Sequence record: LR756508.1
Reading direction: 5' to 3' (one strand)
DNA length: 64,000 nucleotides
Both the position numbers and the translations under genes were made by a program. Each line of letters begins with the position of its first letter. Position 1 is the stretch's first letter. The notes beneath the pieces were generated by a model. It saw only the letters and a program-made list of their open reading frames with translations, was not told the DNA's origin and did not search any database. This document shows positions 49,144 through 59,420 of this stretch, piece by piece.

Positions 49144-49847
49144 TGGCTGAGTATAATACCTTTCCCTTAATATTTGCCGAGCCCAGGTCAGGGTCAACGT
49201 CATTATCGAAAATATGCCACGCTTCTCAAGAGATTGACTTTTATAACGAACCTTTCAATGGAATAAACAAAGACTGGAAAGATAGAATAGAGAAAGGGGA
49301 AGAAAGCGTTTTTTACTACCTAAAAAACTTTGACCTGCAAAATAACGGTTTTAAACATTGCCCACCTAACATTTCCCCAGGTATTAACAATCTCCTACTT
49401 TTTAACTCTTCTCGCATCCTTTTTTTAGAGCGGAAAAATGTAGTAAGTCAAATTATATCCTGGCAGGTAGCAGACAGATCTGATAAATGGCACAAGTTTC
49501 TTGATGGAAACCATGAAGAAGTGAACTACTCACCTCTAAAAATGAAGGAGGTAAAAGAAAAGATTAAAAAATTGCGAAAATATAAAGAATATAAGAAGAT
49601 GGTAAAAGAATGGGCGGGATGGCAAGGAAGTACAAAAACGTTTCATTATGAAAAAATATTTGGAGAAGAAAGAAATTTAAAACTAAAACAAGTTTATAAT
49701 TTCTTTGATTTAGACTGGAACAAAAAGGATAAAGCTGAAGTAAACAAATGGAAAAATAGAAAAAACAAAATAGTAAAAGAAAATGAAAAAAGAAAAATCG
49801 AGAACTATACAGAGATTAAAAATTTGATAAATTCGATTTTAGAATGA
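49143..49847 (+). CDS. Stf0-like sulfotransferase, copy 2
   Basis: PRSGST, EPFN, LERKN..S. Confidence 0.72.
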   Translation: MAEYNTFPLIFAEPRSGSTSLSKICHASQEIDFYNEPFNGINKDWKDRIEKGEESVFYYLKNFDLQNNGFKHCPPNISPGINNLLLFNSSRILFLERKNVVSQIISWQVADRSDKWHKFLDGNHEEVNYSPLKMKEVKEKIKKLRKYKEYKKMVKEWAGWQGSTKTFHYEKIFGEERNLKLKQVYNFFDLDWNKKDKAEVNKWKNRKNKIVKENEKRKIENYTEIKNLINSILE

Positions 49848-50935
49848 ATACAAGTTTTGATGTTTTTCAAGTTTTTAATAATCTAACTAAAAGAGATCAC
49901 ATCTGGAAGTTTGAAAATTTTAAAGGAGTAGAACTACCTGCTGTAACACAAAATTTGAAAGGTCTAAATCGCGACGAGGATATGGTTATTGTCGCACACG
50001 TCTGGGATGACCTTCGGTACATGAAGTCTCTTTACCTTTCGCTTATTTCAGCTTACCTGTATACTGATATAAAGAAGTTTGATATCAAACTTTTCTTCTC
50101 AAAGTCGCTAGAAGAATTCAAACCATTTCTTAATACGTTATTCTCGCCTCTCGTAACTCACACATCTTATAAACACCATAGGTTTAAATACTTCACCAGT
50201 TTTTATGAAGAAACCCAGAACTATGATTTTATAAGTCACCTCGATTCTGATTTATTTTTTTGCGGCACCAAGGAGCCGTTTTTTTCCAGGTTAAAGAAAA
50301 TGCATGTTAATTACAGAAATAACGGATACTACAGCCCTTATATCTGTTTTAACTATTATCCTTACAGGTCCTCAGAATTTAGAGTGTGTGATCATCTCCA
50401 AGACCAGTTAGATCTCGAAAGTTATTCAGATGTTAAAAACTGGTTAGCCGAAAACTCAACGTTAGATACTAACGTAGAAAATTTGGAGAACTGGATTGGA
50501 GAAGAAGAATGGCCCTGGAACGTTTTTTACTCTTACGACGCAGAAGCTTTTCGTAAAGAAAGTTTTCAAGAACTCGTTAAATGGTGGTATGATGATACCG
50601 ATGAATGGTGGGAAGAAGAAAAACTTTACTGGTTTTGGATGAACAACAATGACTTTCCCTATTTCCCTTTGAATCGGGTTCTTGATGACCCTTCAATAAA
50701 TCCAATTAATCCTTACTACTTTACCGATAAGATTCCAGAAGGAGTTACAAAGGATGATTATGATGTTCTTGATCAACTTAATATTAAAAATACATTAGAA
50801 GAAATTCCCTGGGAAAATCAAAGTAAGCTATACCTCGTTCACCCCTTCGAGTATCATAGCCAACTTATGGGCGAAAACGAAACAAATAAGAGGTTTATTA
50901 AGTTTTTAGCTGAGAAAAGAAAAGAACTTCCATGA
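49844..50935 (+). CDS. GT-A-like protein (family with 53237 and 55451)
   Basis: HLDSD DxD; KSLYLSLISAYLYTDI shared segment. Confidence 0.55.
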   Translation: MNTSFDVFQVFNNLTKRDHIWKFENFKGVELPAVTQNLKGLNRDEDMVIVAHVWDDLRYMKSLYLSLISAYLYTDIKKFDIKLFFSKSLEEFKPFLNTLFSPLVTHTSYKHHRFKYFTSFYEETQNYDFISHLDSDLFFCGTKEPFFSRLKKMHVNYRNNGYYSPYICFNYYPYRSSEFRVCDHLQDQLDLESYSDVKNWLAENSTLDTNVENLENWIGEEEWPWNVFYSYDAEAFRKESFQELVKWWYDDTDEWWEEEKLYWFWMNNNDFPYFPLNRVLDDPSINPINPYYFTDKIPEGVTKDDYDVLDQLNIKNTLEEIPWENQSKLYLVHPFEYHSQLMGENETNKRFIKFLAEKRKELP

Positions 50936-51642
50936 AAATAGCCATAGTAACTTTATATACCCCCGATCTCTTAACTCCTGCGTTTATATCCAAAAGATTA
51001 CCGAATCTTAGAAGTTACGCTAATAAACACGGATATTACCTTAAAGAGTATAAAAAGAATTTGGACAAAAACCGAGATCCTCAATGGTCAAAAATCAAAG
51101 CTGTCTTTAATGTATTAAAAACTGGCGAATTTGACTGGATATTCTGGTGTGATGCGGATACATTGTTTTTGGATAAAGAGCGAAAAATCGAGAGCTTTAT
51201 AGATCCAAACTTTAACTTTATTTTCTGCTCCGATTTATCTTCAACTCTCTGGATTAACACTGGAGCCTTTCTCGTTAAAAACACTTCCTATTCACTTCAA
51301 TTTCTAAAAAAAATATACTATGATGATAATTACTACGCTCGTCAAAAAACCGAGTTCGACCATGAGCAGGGATCTTTGAGAGAACTTCTTTATGAAGATA
51401 GAAGAAATGAAAAGATTAAGATTACCGAGACTGAAGATTCAAATGAGCGTTTTCAACACTTCTGGTATATGAATGATCCCGAGCCACTCTTCAAACGTGA
51501 CGACAATTATTTTAGTAAAGAAAAACTTAACCTAAACCTGACCTATTCTCCTGGCGACTTTCTTGTCCATTTTGCTGGGTGTGACAATGAAGACACTTTG
51601 TATCGCAAATTCACCTCACTAAAGAATAATGGAGTATTATGA
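50932..51642 (+). CDS. GT34/GMA12-MNN10-like glycosyltransferase, copy 2
   Basis: WSKI, WCDAD, NTG, EQG, VHFAG. Confidence 0.8.
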   Translation: MKIAIVTLYTPDLLTPAFISKRLPNLRSYANKHGYYLKEYKKNLDKNRDPQWSKIKAVFNVLKTGEFDWIFWCDADTLFLDKERKIESFIDPNFNFIFCSDLSSTLWINTGAFLVKNTSYSLQFLKKIYYDDNYYARQKTEFDHEQGSLRELLYEDRRNEKIKITETEDSNERFQHFWYMNDPEPLFKRDDNYFSKEKLNLNLTYSPGDFLVHFAGCDNEDTLYRKFTSLKNNGVL

Positions 51643-51724
51643 TATATGGAGAATTGGTGGAACAAAATGGCTGGCTCATATTATAAATTTAAGCCTTAAA
51701 GCTTTCTAAAACCAAAACACATCA

Positions 51725-52876
51725 ATGGAAAAGCCTTTGGAAATTCAAACTTTTTTGAGAGGTGAGGGCTCTATGAGTGAACTTAAGAAAGAGCCCTACA
51801 ATTTGAAGATTAATACCGATGACAAAGGAAGACGCATTCTTTTCAAATACAACCAGATCAAGTCAGATCTAAGTCTTAAAATTACGAGAGAAGCAAGAGG
51901 ATTAATTCTTGATCGAAAAAACAACTGGAAAGTGGTAAGTTTTCCTTTCAAAAAGTTCTTTAACTGGGAAGAAGACTTTGCTGTTGATATAGACTGGGAA
52001 ACTGCTAAAGTGTATGACAAGTTGGATGGAACTTGCTCAATCATTTATTTATATGATGGCGAGTGGATAATGCATACTCTTGGAACCGTCGAGGGCGGCG
52101 GACCTGTCCACACCGACGAGTTAATCTCACTTCCTTTTGATGGAACCTTTTCCGATCTTTTCTTTCACGCCTGGAAGAAAGAGTATGGAGAAGAAAAATT
52201 TGAGTCTTTAAACAAAGACTACATCTACGTTTTTGAGCTCATGACTCCATACAACATCGTTGTAAAGGAACACAGCGATTATAAAATCTCTCTACTTGCC
52301 GTAAGAGATCGTAAGACATTAAATGAACTGCCAGTTGAACAATTTTCCGACCAGTTTAAAACTCCAAGAACCTATAGTTTTTCGGATTTGACTCCCGAAA
52401 AATTAAAGAAAACACTGGAGGATTTTCCTCCTGATGAAGAAGGGTACGTGGTCCGGGACGATAACTTTAACAGGATAAAGTTAAAGAATCCTGGCTACGT
52501 AATGAAGCATAGAATGAAAAATAATGCCGTTAATAGAAAACACGGCATTTTAGAAATTGTTCTTAACGAGGAAGAAGATGACTTTATATCCTCTTTTCCC
52601 GGCCTAAAAAAACAGATCGAAGGCGTCAAAGATGACCTGGATGAACTGATTGGTTTTTTGGAGCAGAAGTATCAAAACTTTAATGGTGAAAGCGTAGACC
52701 CACAGGACAGTCAAGAACGAAAAGAGTTTGCCCTGAAAGTTCAAGATCAAATTCCATCAAGTCTGCAAGGGTATATGTTTGCCAGGCTTTCAACCGATGA
52801 TAGCTTCGAAGAAATACTAAAAGACTCTAACGTTTCAAATGTAGCCACCTCTTTAAATAATTTCAACGATAGGTAG
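51725..52876 (+). CDS. T4 Rnl1-like RNA ligase
   Basis: REARG, FPFKKFFN, motif I KLDG, FELM, EGYV, IKLKN. Confidence 0.85.
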   Translation: MEKPLEIQTFLRGEGSMSELKKEPYNLKINTDDKGRRILFKYNQIKSDLSLKITREARGLILDRKNNWKVVSFPFKKFFNWEEDFAVDIDWETAKVYDKLDGTCSIIYLYDGEWIMHTLGTVEGGGPVHTDELISLPFDGTFSDLFFHAWKKEYGEEKFESLNKDYIYVFELMTPYNIVVKEHSDYKISLLAVRDRKTLNELPVEQFSDQFKTPRTYSFSDLTPEKLKKTLEDFPPDEEGYVVRDDNFNRIKLKNPGYVMKHRMKNNAVNRKHGILEIVLNEEEDDFISSFPGLKKQIEGVKDDLDELIGFLEQKYQNFNGESVDPQDSQERKEFALKVQDQIPSSLQGYMFARLSTDDSFEEILKDSNVSNVATSLNNFNDR

Positions 52877-52937
52877 TTCGGTAATTCTCTACTTAAATGC
52901 GAGTGTAATATCTTCATGTAATCATAATTGAAGTCCC

Positions 52938-53231
52938 ATGAAAAAGAAGTCAGATAGTAAAGAGGTCTTGAAGTCTCTTTTGAAAGAGGAAATATCTCCT
53001 TCTGAAAAAGAAGAGATTGAAGAAAAGCTCTGCAAAAACATCGAAAAGTTAGTAGATTATATTCTTGTCCAGTTTGACTGTCATAAAAAAGGACTTTCCG
53101 AGCAACAAGCAGGATATCTTTTTCATAAAGTTGTTGAAACTTTGGACGGAAAGATTAAAGAATTCACAACTAAGAAAAGGCCATCAAACCTCAGCAACTT
53201 TGAAGAAATAATTGAAAAACTAGATATTTAA
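52938..53231 (+). CDS. hypothetical protein
   Basis: 97-aa ORF. Confidence 0.55.
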   Translation: MKKKSDSKEVLKSLLKEEISPSEKEEIEEKLCKNIEKLVDYILVQFDCHKKGLSEQQAGYLFHKVVETLDGKIKEFTTKKRPSNLSNFEEIIEKLDI

Positions 53232-53236
53232 GTTAG

Positions 53237-54460
53237 ATGTACACAAAAACGTTTACAGAGGTTGCAAAAGAAAATGGTTTTGGTGACATTAATGAAACTG
53301 AAGACGAGAAGTTTTCTACTGTAAAAGATTATGTAGTAAATGTTTATAAGACCCATGAGGAAGTTGGCTTTGTGGACAACCTGGACCATCCACATACATC
53401 TGATATTTCTGATGTCAACCACTCGACATATTTAAAGGAAGAGGCAGTTCAAGATGTGACTGTCTGCTATACGCTCTGGCAAAATCCTCTCTACGTCAAA
53501 CTTCTTTATCTTTCTTTTTTATCTCAGATTCTATACAGTGACATTTTGAATGTCAAAAAATTTGTGATCGTTACTGATTACAAACTTGAACCACTCGTTT
53601 GGGATGTCTTTCGTCCATTTGCACAGGATCATTCAGGAAACTTCGAGTTAGAAGTGAAAGCAGTTGACAGGCAAAGAGTGGTCTGGTCTGATGTTGCTCC
53701 AAACGTAAGAATGCCTGTAAGATTGAATAAATATGTCGTTTCCACGTTTGATGACTTAAGAAAAACTGATCTACTTGTTTTATCTGACTGCGAAAGCTTT
53801 ATCTTTGGAGAAAAAAGTCAGATTTATAGTCAACTACATTCGCAGTATTCGGAATCAGATAATTTTCCAGTTCTCGGCTGCGAAGAAAATCACAACAGCT
53901 CTTCCGTCTTCCTGCAGCGGCGAGAAGATCTGGCTAATATGATGCACGACAATGAAGAGTATGTCAACTGGTGTGCAAAAAGATTGGAGGTATCTAAAGA
54001 TAATTTTGTAGATAAAGTAGTAAAAAGAAACAATTGGTTTTTAACCTGCTGGTTCGTATTTGATAATGAAAAATATAAGCTCAATGATTCTCACTGGCAA
54101 GATTACGTTGAATGGTCAAACCTTTACTCGATGTACTGCGACGAGTCCATTTATTTAACTTATGGATGGTGCGCAGAAGATTACACAGTTAAAGACGTTA
54201 AAGTTATTAACGGGTTAGAATTTATTCATTCTCCTTACTGCGAGTCTTTTTTTGAACAAGACGAGTATGATAAAACAGGAATTGTCCATCCGCTGCACGG
54301 AAAATGGGCTGAAGATTTCTGGGTTCATGATTTCTATGACTCGATTCAAGATGGATTCGAGGCGGAGTTGAAACAAGCTATGAGTGAAAAAGTAAGCTTA
54401 AGGGAGTTACTGCCTCAATATAAAGATAGCTACTATACTGAGCCAATTCAAAACGAATGA
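53237..54460 (+). CDS. GT-A-like protein (family with 49844 and 55451)
   Basis: KLLYLSFLSQILYSDI, LSDCE, CDE, HP. Confidence 0.5.
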   Translation: MYTKTFTEVAKENGFGDINETEDEKFSTVKDYVVNVYKTHEEVGFVDNLDHPHTSDISDVNHSTYLKEEAVQDVTVCYTLWQNPLYVKLLYLSFLSQILYSDILNVKKFVIVTDYKLEPLVWDVFRPFAQDHSGNFELEVKAVDRQRVVWSDVAPNVRMPVRLNKYVVSTFDDLRKTDLLVLSDCESFIFGEKSQIYSQLHSQYSESDNFPVLGCEENHNSSSVFLQRREDLANMMHDNEEYVNWCAKRLEVSKDNFVDKVVKRNNWFLTCWFVFDNEKYKLNDSHWQDYVEWSNLYSMYCDESIYLTYGWCAEDYTVKDVKVINGLEFIHSPYCESFFEQDEYDKTGIVHPLHGKWAEDFWVHDFYDSIQDGFEAELKQAMSEKVSLRELLPQYKDSYYTEPIQNE

Positions 54461-55449
54461 TCACTCTTGCCAACGAGTTTTCTCGCGCTATCGATAAAAT
54501 GCGAGATACACCTCAACCTAAACAATATCATCCCGAGGTTTGGGTGTGGAATCACGAATCTCTCGTTTTTTATAGCATTCTAAACAATACTTCTCACCTC
54601 TCTAATACTCAACAAAAAGAACTCTTGTGGACCGCTCTTTTCCACGATCTGGGGAAAATTGATAAAACCTGGTATAGAGAAAAGAAGGAACGTTACGTCT
54701 CTTACGGTCACGAAAAAGCCGCACTTCCTTATTATGATGCCACAAAAGAAGCACTTGTTGATAAAGACCTTCGACCTGAGGTAATCCGTTTTCTTATAAG
54801 ACAGCATATGAAGCCGAAATTTATAGATAGGATGAATGAAGGCACGGTCGAAAAGTTAAAAAAAGAAGCGAACAATATTAGTGAAGACGTTTGGAATCTC
54901 CTCATGGAATTTGCCGAACACGACGATGCCTCCAAGCTTTACAAGAATTCTGACAAAACCGATAGATACGAAGCTCAATGGCTTTTTCATAACTTCTGTG
55001 AAAAAGCCATAGAAAAAATCAATTTAACTTATTCTAACGAAAAGGACAGTTTCACTGGTGAACTGTTTATTCTGAGAGGTGCATCTGGATCCGGAAAATC
55101 AACGGTTGCTCAGCTTCTTGAAAATAATGGAGCCTATCAAATTTCTGCTGATCAGTTTTTCATAAGAGAGGACGGTAAGTATCGTTATGACGGGAGCAAA
55201 ATTTCAGAAGCTCACGACTATTCCAAACGTAGAACTGAAGATGGAATGGTTGCTGAGAGAGAAACCATTGCCGTTCATAACACCTTTACCGAAGACTGGC
55301 AGATGATCTATTATTTTTATCTGGCAGCAAAGTATAACTACAGGGTTCATACCTTACTGGTTGAAAACAGGCATGAAAGCGATACTATACATAATGTTCC
55401 CGAAAACAAAATTGAAGATCAGAGGGAAGAAATGGAACTGAAACTTTAG
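54457..55449 (+). CDS. HD-domain phosphoesterase fused to a polynucleotide kinase (HD-Pnk-like)
   Basis: YHPE..H, LFHDLGK, GHE, HM; LRGASGSGKS, SADQF, VHNTF. Confidence 0.82.
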   Translation: MITLANEFSRAIDKMRDTPQPKQYHPEVWVWNHESLVFYSILNNTSHLSNTQQKELLWTALFHDLGKIDKTWYREKKERYVSYGHEKAALPYYDATKEALVDKDLRPEVIRFLIRQHMKPKFIDRMNEGTVEKLKKEANNISEDVWNLLMEFAEHDDASKLYKNSDKTDRYEAQWLFHNFCEKAIEKINLTYSNEKDSFTGELFILRGASGSGKSTVAQLLENNGAYQISADQFFIREDGKYRYDGSKISEAHDYSKRRTEDGMVAERETIAVHNTFTEDWQMIYYFYLAAKYNYRVHTLLVENRHESDTIHNVPENKIEDQREEMELKL

Positions 55450-55450
55450 T

Positions 55451-56395
55451 ATGCTTTTCAGAGATCTGATAAAGCCATATGGTTTTTCTCTCGATAGTTT
55501 GAATGGCTATGATCTTGAAACACTCCGCAACCTAAAGCTTCCTGTTGTTGAAAATTTAAGTCTAAAAAAACCTGAATCTTACCTTTCGATTAATATAGCC
55601 TATCCAGTTCGTGATAAACTCCTATTTTTAAAGGGGGTTTATGTATCTATACTTTCTCAGATTGCGAACACAGATTTTTTGCGGGTAGGAAGTGTTACAT
55701 TATTTCTCCCGAAAAGATATCATAGTTTTACTAAAGACTTATTCTCTGGACTTAGTAGTCACTTAAGTTTGAGTATTTATACGAGAAAACCGTTTCGAAA
55801 ACACTATGGTTACTATAGGCTTACTAGAAGGTCGATTTTAAGACATGGACTGGTTCGCTCTAATGGCCCTTACGTTTCACCTTCTCAGTTTTTTTTCGCA
55901 GAAAAAATTCCTCAGAACTTTTATAAGAGGTTATACAAGTTCTTAAAAAACAAAGATGTAGTATGTGGAGTTGAAAGCTCAAAAAGAGAGGCGCTTAATA
56001 GAGAGTATGTCAAAAACGGTTTCTTTTATGATTTTGATGAGTACACTTCTCTTTTGGAACGAATAGAAAAGAAATTGAATAAATCGGATAAGACTTTTTT
56101 AAAAAGAAAAAAGTGGCTTGGTAATAATTTTGTAGCACTTTCTGAAGACACGTTGAGAAAAAAGAGTTGTTTGTGGAACGAGTGGAAAAAACACGAGTCG
56201 TTAGTTGCTCAATACCAGTTCCATGACCTCGGTGTTCTGTTAACACCCTTTTTAGTTCAAAAGTCCAAAAACCCAGTCTTTTTAAGTCAAATTTTCGAAA
56301 AAGAAAAGATTAAAACGTATAATTTAGCGGAAGATAATCTAAATGCTTCCTATTTAAATAATGAAGTGAATAATATCATTAACAAAATAACTTGA
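55451..56395 (+). CDS. divergent member of the 49844/53237 family
   Basis: KGVYVSILSQIANTDF segment. Confidence 0.45.
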   Translation: MLFRDLIKPYGFSLDSLNGYDLETLRNLKLPVVENLSLKKPESYLSINIAYPVRDKLLFLKGVYVSILSQIANTDFLRVGSVTLFLPKRYHSFTKDLFSGLSSHLSLSIYTRKPFRKHYGYYRLTRRSILRHGLVRSNGPYVSPSQFFFAEKIPQNFYKRLYKFLKNKDVVCGVESSKREALNREYVKNGFFYDFDEYTSLLERIEKKLNKSDKTFLKRKKWLGNNFVALSEDTLRKKSCLWNEWKKHESLVAQYQFHDLGVLLTPFLVQKSKNPVFLSQIFEKEKIKTYNLAEDNLNASYLNNEVNNIINKIT

Positions 56396-56401
56396 AAGAA
56401 T

Positions 56402-56680
56402 ATGTCTCTTAGTACTGCTTCCACAATGGAAAACTTTACACTCGATAGCACTGAAAACGATTCAAGTGATATTGAGTATCGTGCTTCCTGGGAAGGCGGT
56501 TATCCTCCTTACCAGTATGAACTGCGTGAACGTGAATCTTTGAAAGTTGTTGATTCAGGAAGCACCGATGAACAATCTGTAAGAGGAGTGCTTTCCGACC
56601 CCGATACCGACAAGTATACAATTCGAGTAACTGACGCGGGTGGAGATGTTATTTCATCAACGACAGTCCACGTTTCTTGA
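56402..56680 (+). CDS. small Ig-like (SprB-repeat-like) protein
   Basis: GGYPPYQY..YTIRVTDAG. Confidence 0.5.
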   Translation: MSLSTASTMENFTLDSTENDSSDIEYRASWEGGYPPYQYELRERESLKVVDSGSTDEQSVRGVLSDPDTDKYTIRVTDAGGDVISSTTVHVS

Positions 56681-57591
56681 TGGTTTACGTCCACATTGAT
56701 GATTATGTAAATGACAGCTGGGGCAAGTCATTTGCTAATGTTTTAGAAAAAGAAAAGATAGAATTTCAGACGTTAGATCTCTTAAAATTCAATTCTTTTT
56801 CTAAAGTAGAAGAAGGTTCTACTCTTGTAGCAAGGTTTGGACATGACCCGAAAGAGAAAAGGAAGCTGAAACCTAAACTCCCGAAAATTTATAATACATG
56901 GGAAACCATCTTCCCATCAAAAAAGGCTTATAATCTTTACGATAATAAGTGGAAAGAATATAAATTTTTACGTAAAAACGATCTTCCAGTTGTAAAGACT
57001 GAAAACGTAAGTAACAAACCAGAACTTATAAGCTTTCTGGTCGAAAACCAGATCGATTTTCCAGTAGTCGTAAAGAAAAACGAAGGTGCTGGATCAAATA
57101 AAGTCTGGTTAAAACACACTTTATCAAACTTCTCAAGTGATTTATTCCCACTTCTTATTCAGCCTTACGTTTCTTCAAACTTTGATCTACGCATCTTTTA
57201 TCTAAACGGTAAAGTCTTTGGATTTAAAAGAAAACATGAAAAAGGTTCTAATTTTCCCTATGGGGGAAAATGGTATGAGGGAGAAGCTGAAAAGATCGAC
57301 GTTTTAGATTACATTTCGGAAGAGTTTATCAAAAAAGTGCACTCTACCTTCCAAAACAGTGTTCCCTCACCTACTATGTCTTTTGATCTTGTTTTTGATG
57401 AAAATAATTCACCTAAGATTTTAGAGTTTTCTTACTGTTTTGCAAAAAACCAAGTCTTAGAATGCGACTCCTATTATCAACTGCCAACTATGAAAAGAAA
57501 TATATACTTTGAGGATGGCAGGTATGATAACGTTGACTACCTTAAAAATCTTGTAGCTTATGAAACTTTAAAGTGGCTTGATGTTCTCTAA
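56677..57591 (+). CDS. ATP-grasp ligase (RimK-like)
   Basis: DNKWKEY, FPVVVK, GAGS, IQPYV, DLRI, FDLV, ILEFS. Confidence 0.8.
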   Translation: MMVYVHIDDYVNDSWGKSFANVLEKEKIEFQTLDLLKFNSFSKVEEGSTLVARFGHDPKEKRKLKPKLPKIYNTWETIFPSKKAYNLYDNKWKEYKFLRKNDLPVVKTENVSNKPELISFLVENQIDFPVVVKKNEGAGSNKVWLKHTLSNFSSDLFPLLIQPYVSSNFDLRIFYLNGKVFGFKRKHEKGSNFPYGGKWYEGEAEKIDVLDYISEEFIKKVHSTFQNSVPSPTMSFDLVFDENNSPKILEFSYCFAKNQVLECDSYYQLPTMKRNIYFEDGRYDNVDYLKNLVAYETLKWLDVL

Positions 57592-57877
57592 CCTGTTTTC
57601 GATAATAAGAAATTTTTTTACGAATGGAGAAAACCAGGATAACCTCATAAAAAGAGAAGTTTCTTTTCAAGAATACAAAAAAATTCTTAAAAAAAGCAGC
57701 GACTTAGATAAAATTGAAGAAGTAACCATTGAGTTCTCCACAACAGATCCAGGTGAAGGAACTGTTTTGATGAAATTAGAAAAGCCAGATAACTACAGCG
57801 AAACAAAAAGAATAACATATCAGGATAAACCCATCACAATGAGAAAACCCAAATTTGAAGAGTATGACCGAGGATGA
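57578..57877 (+). CDS. hypothetical protein
   Basis: 99-aa ORF. Confidence 0.55.
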   Translation: MMFSNLFSIIRNFFTNGENQDNLIKREVSFQEYKKILKKSSDLDKIEEVTIEFSTTDPGEGTVLMKLEKPDNYSETKRITYQDKPITMRKPKFEEYDRG

Positions 57878-57911
57878 GTTTAAAATTTAAAGAAATATCT
57901 GCAACCGACGA

Positions 57912-58361
57912 ATGAAAAAGTTCTTTCAAGAGACAAACATAAAGGAAGAAAAAGGTGATCTTTTTTCTGTTAAAAATTCAAGTCCTATTTTTGCTCACTG
58001 CGTCAGTTCGGACGGGAAAATGGGTGCTGGAATTGCTAAACAGTTTGTGAGGCGATATGGGAGTAGCCTGCGAGATTCAGTAGACGGATTTGAGGTTGGG
58101 GATGCTGCTCCTTATAAAAATGGCGATACAAAAATTTATAATTTGATCACAAAAGAAAAATACTGGAAAAAACCGACTTTTAAATCAATCCAATCTTCTT
58201 TAAAATCTCTTAGAAAAAGGCTTGCCGAAAATAACGAAGAGAAAATTTACATGCCTCGAATAGCCTCCGGTCTAGATGGAAAAGACTGGAACAAGGTCAA
58301 GACGAAAATTAAAGACGTTTTCGATGGTTCTGATATTCAGATAACAATAAGGTTCTTATGA
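57912..58361 (+). CDS. macrodomain, TARG1/OARD1/DarG-like
   Basis: AHCVSSDGKMGAGIAKQF, YNLITKEKYW.KPT, MPRIASGLDG. Confidence 0.88.
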   Translation: MKKFFQETNIKEEKGDLFSVKNSSPIFAHCVSSDGKMGAGIAKQFVRRYGSSLRDSVDGFEVGDAAPYKNGDTKIYNLITKEKYWKKPTFKSIQSSLKSLRKRLAENNEEKIYMPRIASGLDGKDWNKVKTKIKDVFDGSDIQITIRFL

Positions 58362-58588
58362 CTCGCAAGGAGAACGAAACTGTTATTGTCCATGATTATG
58401 CAAAAGAAAAGGTTTTTTTCTACACGACACGAAAAGGTGAACGAAGAAATCTACTAAAAAGAATTGGAGAAGAAAACGTAAAAATCAACACGAAAAGAAA
58501 CCGCTCGGGAGATGAAATTGCCTGGGAAATTGAAATTGATATGGAGTATTGTAGAGATGCATACATGGTAACAAAAGTTATTAATTAG
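58358..58588 (+). CDS. hypothetical protein
   Basis: 76-aa ORF. Confidence 0.6.
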   Translation: MTRKENETVIVHDYAKEKVFFYTTRKGERRNLLKRIGEENVKINTKRNRSGDEIAWEIEIDMEYCRDAYMVTKVIN

Positions 58589-58601
58589 ACATAAAGATGT
58601 T

Positions 58602-59414
58602 ATGTTTGTAAAAGTAAAAGGAAAACAAGACTTGTGGCATGTCTTCGGTGAAACAAGAAACGTCACATATAGTGAAAACGTAGATGATGAAGACGTAGCA
58701 CTTGAATCTAAAGTTAGTGCTGCCGATCATTCCGATACAATTAACACTGGAGAAGAGAGTCAACACTTTCTCTTTTTTACTGCAGGCGGCGAAGATCATG
58801 CACTGATTTTTGATACTGTAGCCTATCTTAATAGCAACTCCGGAGAAGTTTTGGAAACTGTTGGAGAATTGGATGATGAAAGAAATGGTTCCGAACAAGT
58901 TAAGGATCAAAATAAGTACAAAATGGGAGATGGCCTAAGTGACCTTCAAGACTTTTTTGAAAGAGTAGACGAGGAAGGTAGCGATCCAATGAAAAAAAGA
59001 CTTCAAAAACTGGCTGGTTTCGATCCAATTAAAGATAGAGATACTCAAGATAGCAATCATTCAGTTTTTGACCCTGAAAGGAACGAGTTCTTTCAAGCGG
59101 TCCAAGAAAACATTAGTTTTATGAAGCGCGTGAGGGAGTTTATCGAGGAAGAAAGTGTTTTGGAAGGATCTCCAGATTCTTTTACCAGCATGGATGAGTT
59201 GGATAACTGGCTTGAAGGTCATGGAGTGGACACGGAACGCGAATTTGAAAACTTCCAAGACTTGAAAAACTTTGAAGCTCAATCTGCTTCTGATCTTAAT
59301 GAAGAACAACAACGCAGGAATGGAGATCAACACAGTGCAGATTCTGAAAAAGAAGATACTTCAAGAGTTGAGTTTTCTAATCGTCATAGTGGCTTTCAAC
59401 CCGATAAGAATTGA
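58602..59414 (+). CDS. hypothetical acidic protein
   Basis: 270-aa ORF. Confidence 0.7.
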   Translation: MFVKVKGKQDLWHVFGETRNVTYSENVDDEDVALESKVSAADHSDTINTGEESQHFLFFTAGGEDHALIFDTVAYLNSNSGEVLETVGELDDERNGSEQVKDQNKYKMGDGLSDLQDFFERVDEEGSDPMKKRLQKLAGFDPIKDRDTQDSNHSVFDPERNEFFQAVQENISFMKRVREFIEEESVLEGSPDSFTSMDELDNWLEGHGVDTEREFENFQDLKNFEAQSASDLNEEQQRRNGDQHSADSEKEDTSRVEFSNRHSGFQPDKN

Positions 59415-59420
59415 ATTAAT

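Noticed and set aside
543-59333. Most minus-strand ORFs overlapping plus-strand genes
   Set aside because: They are shadow frames of well-supported genes such as dnaK, clpC, moxR and VWA.
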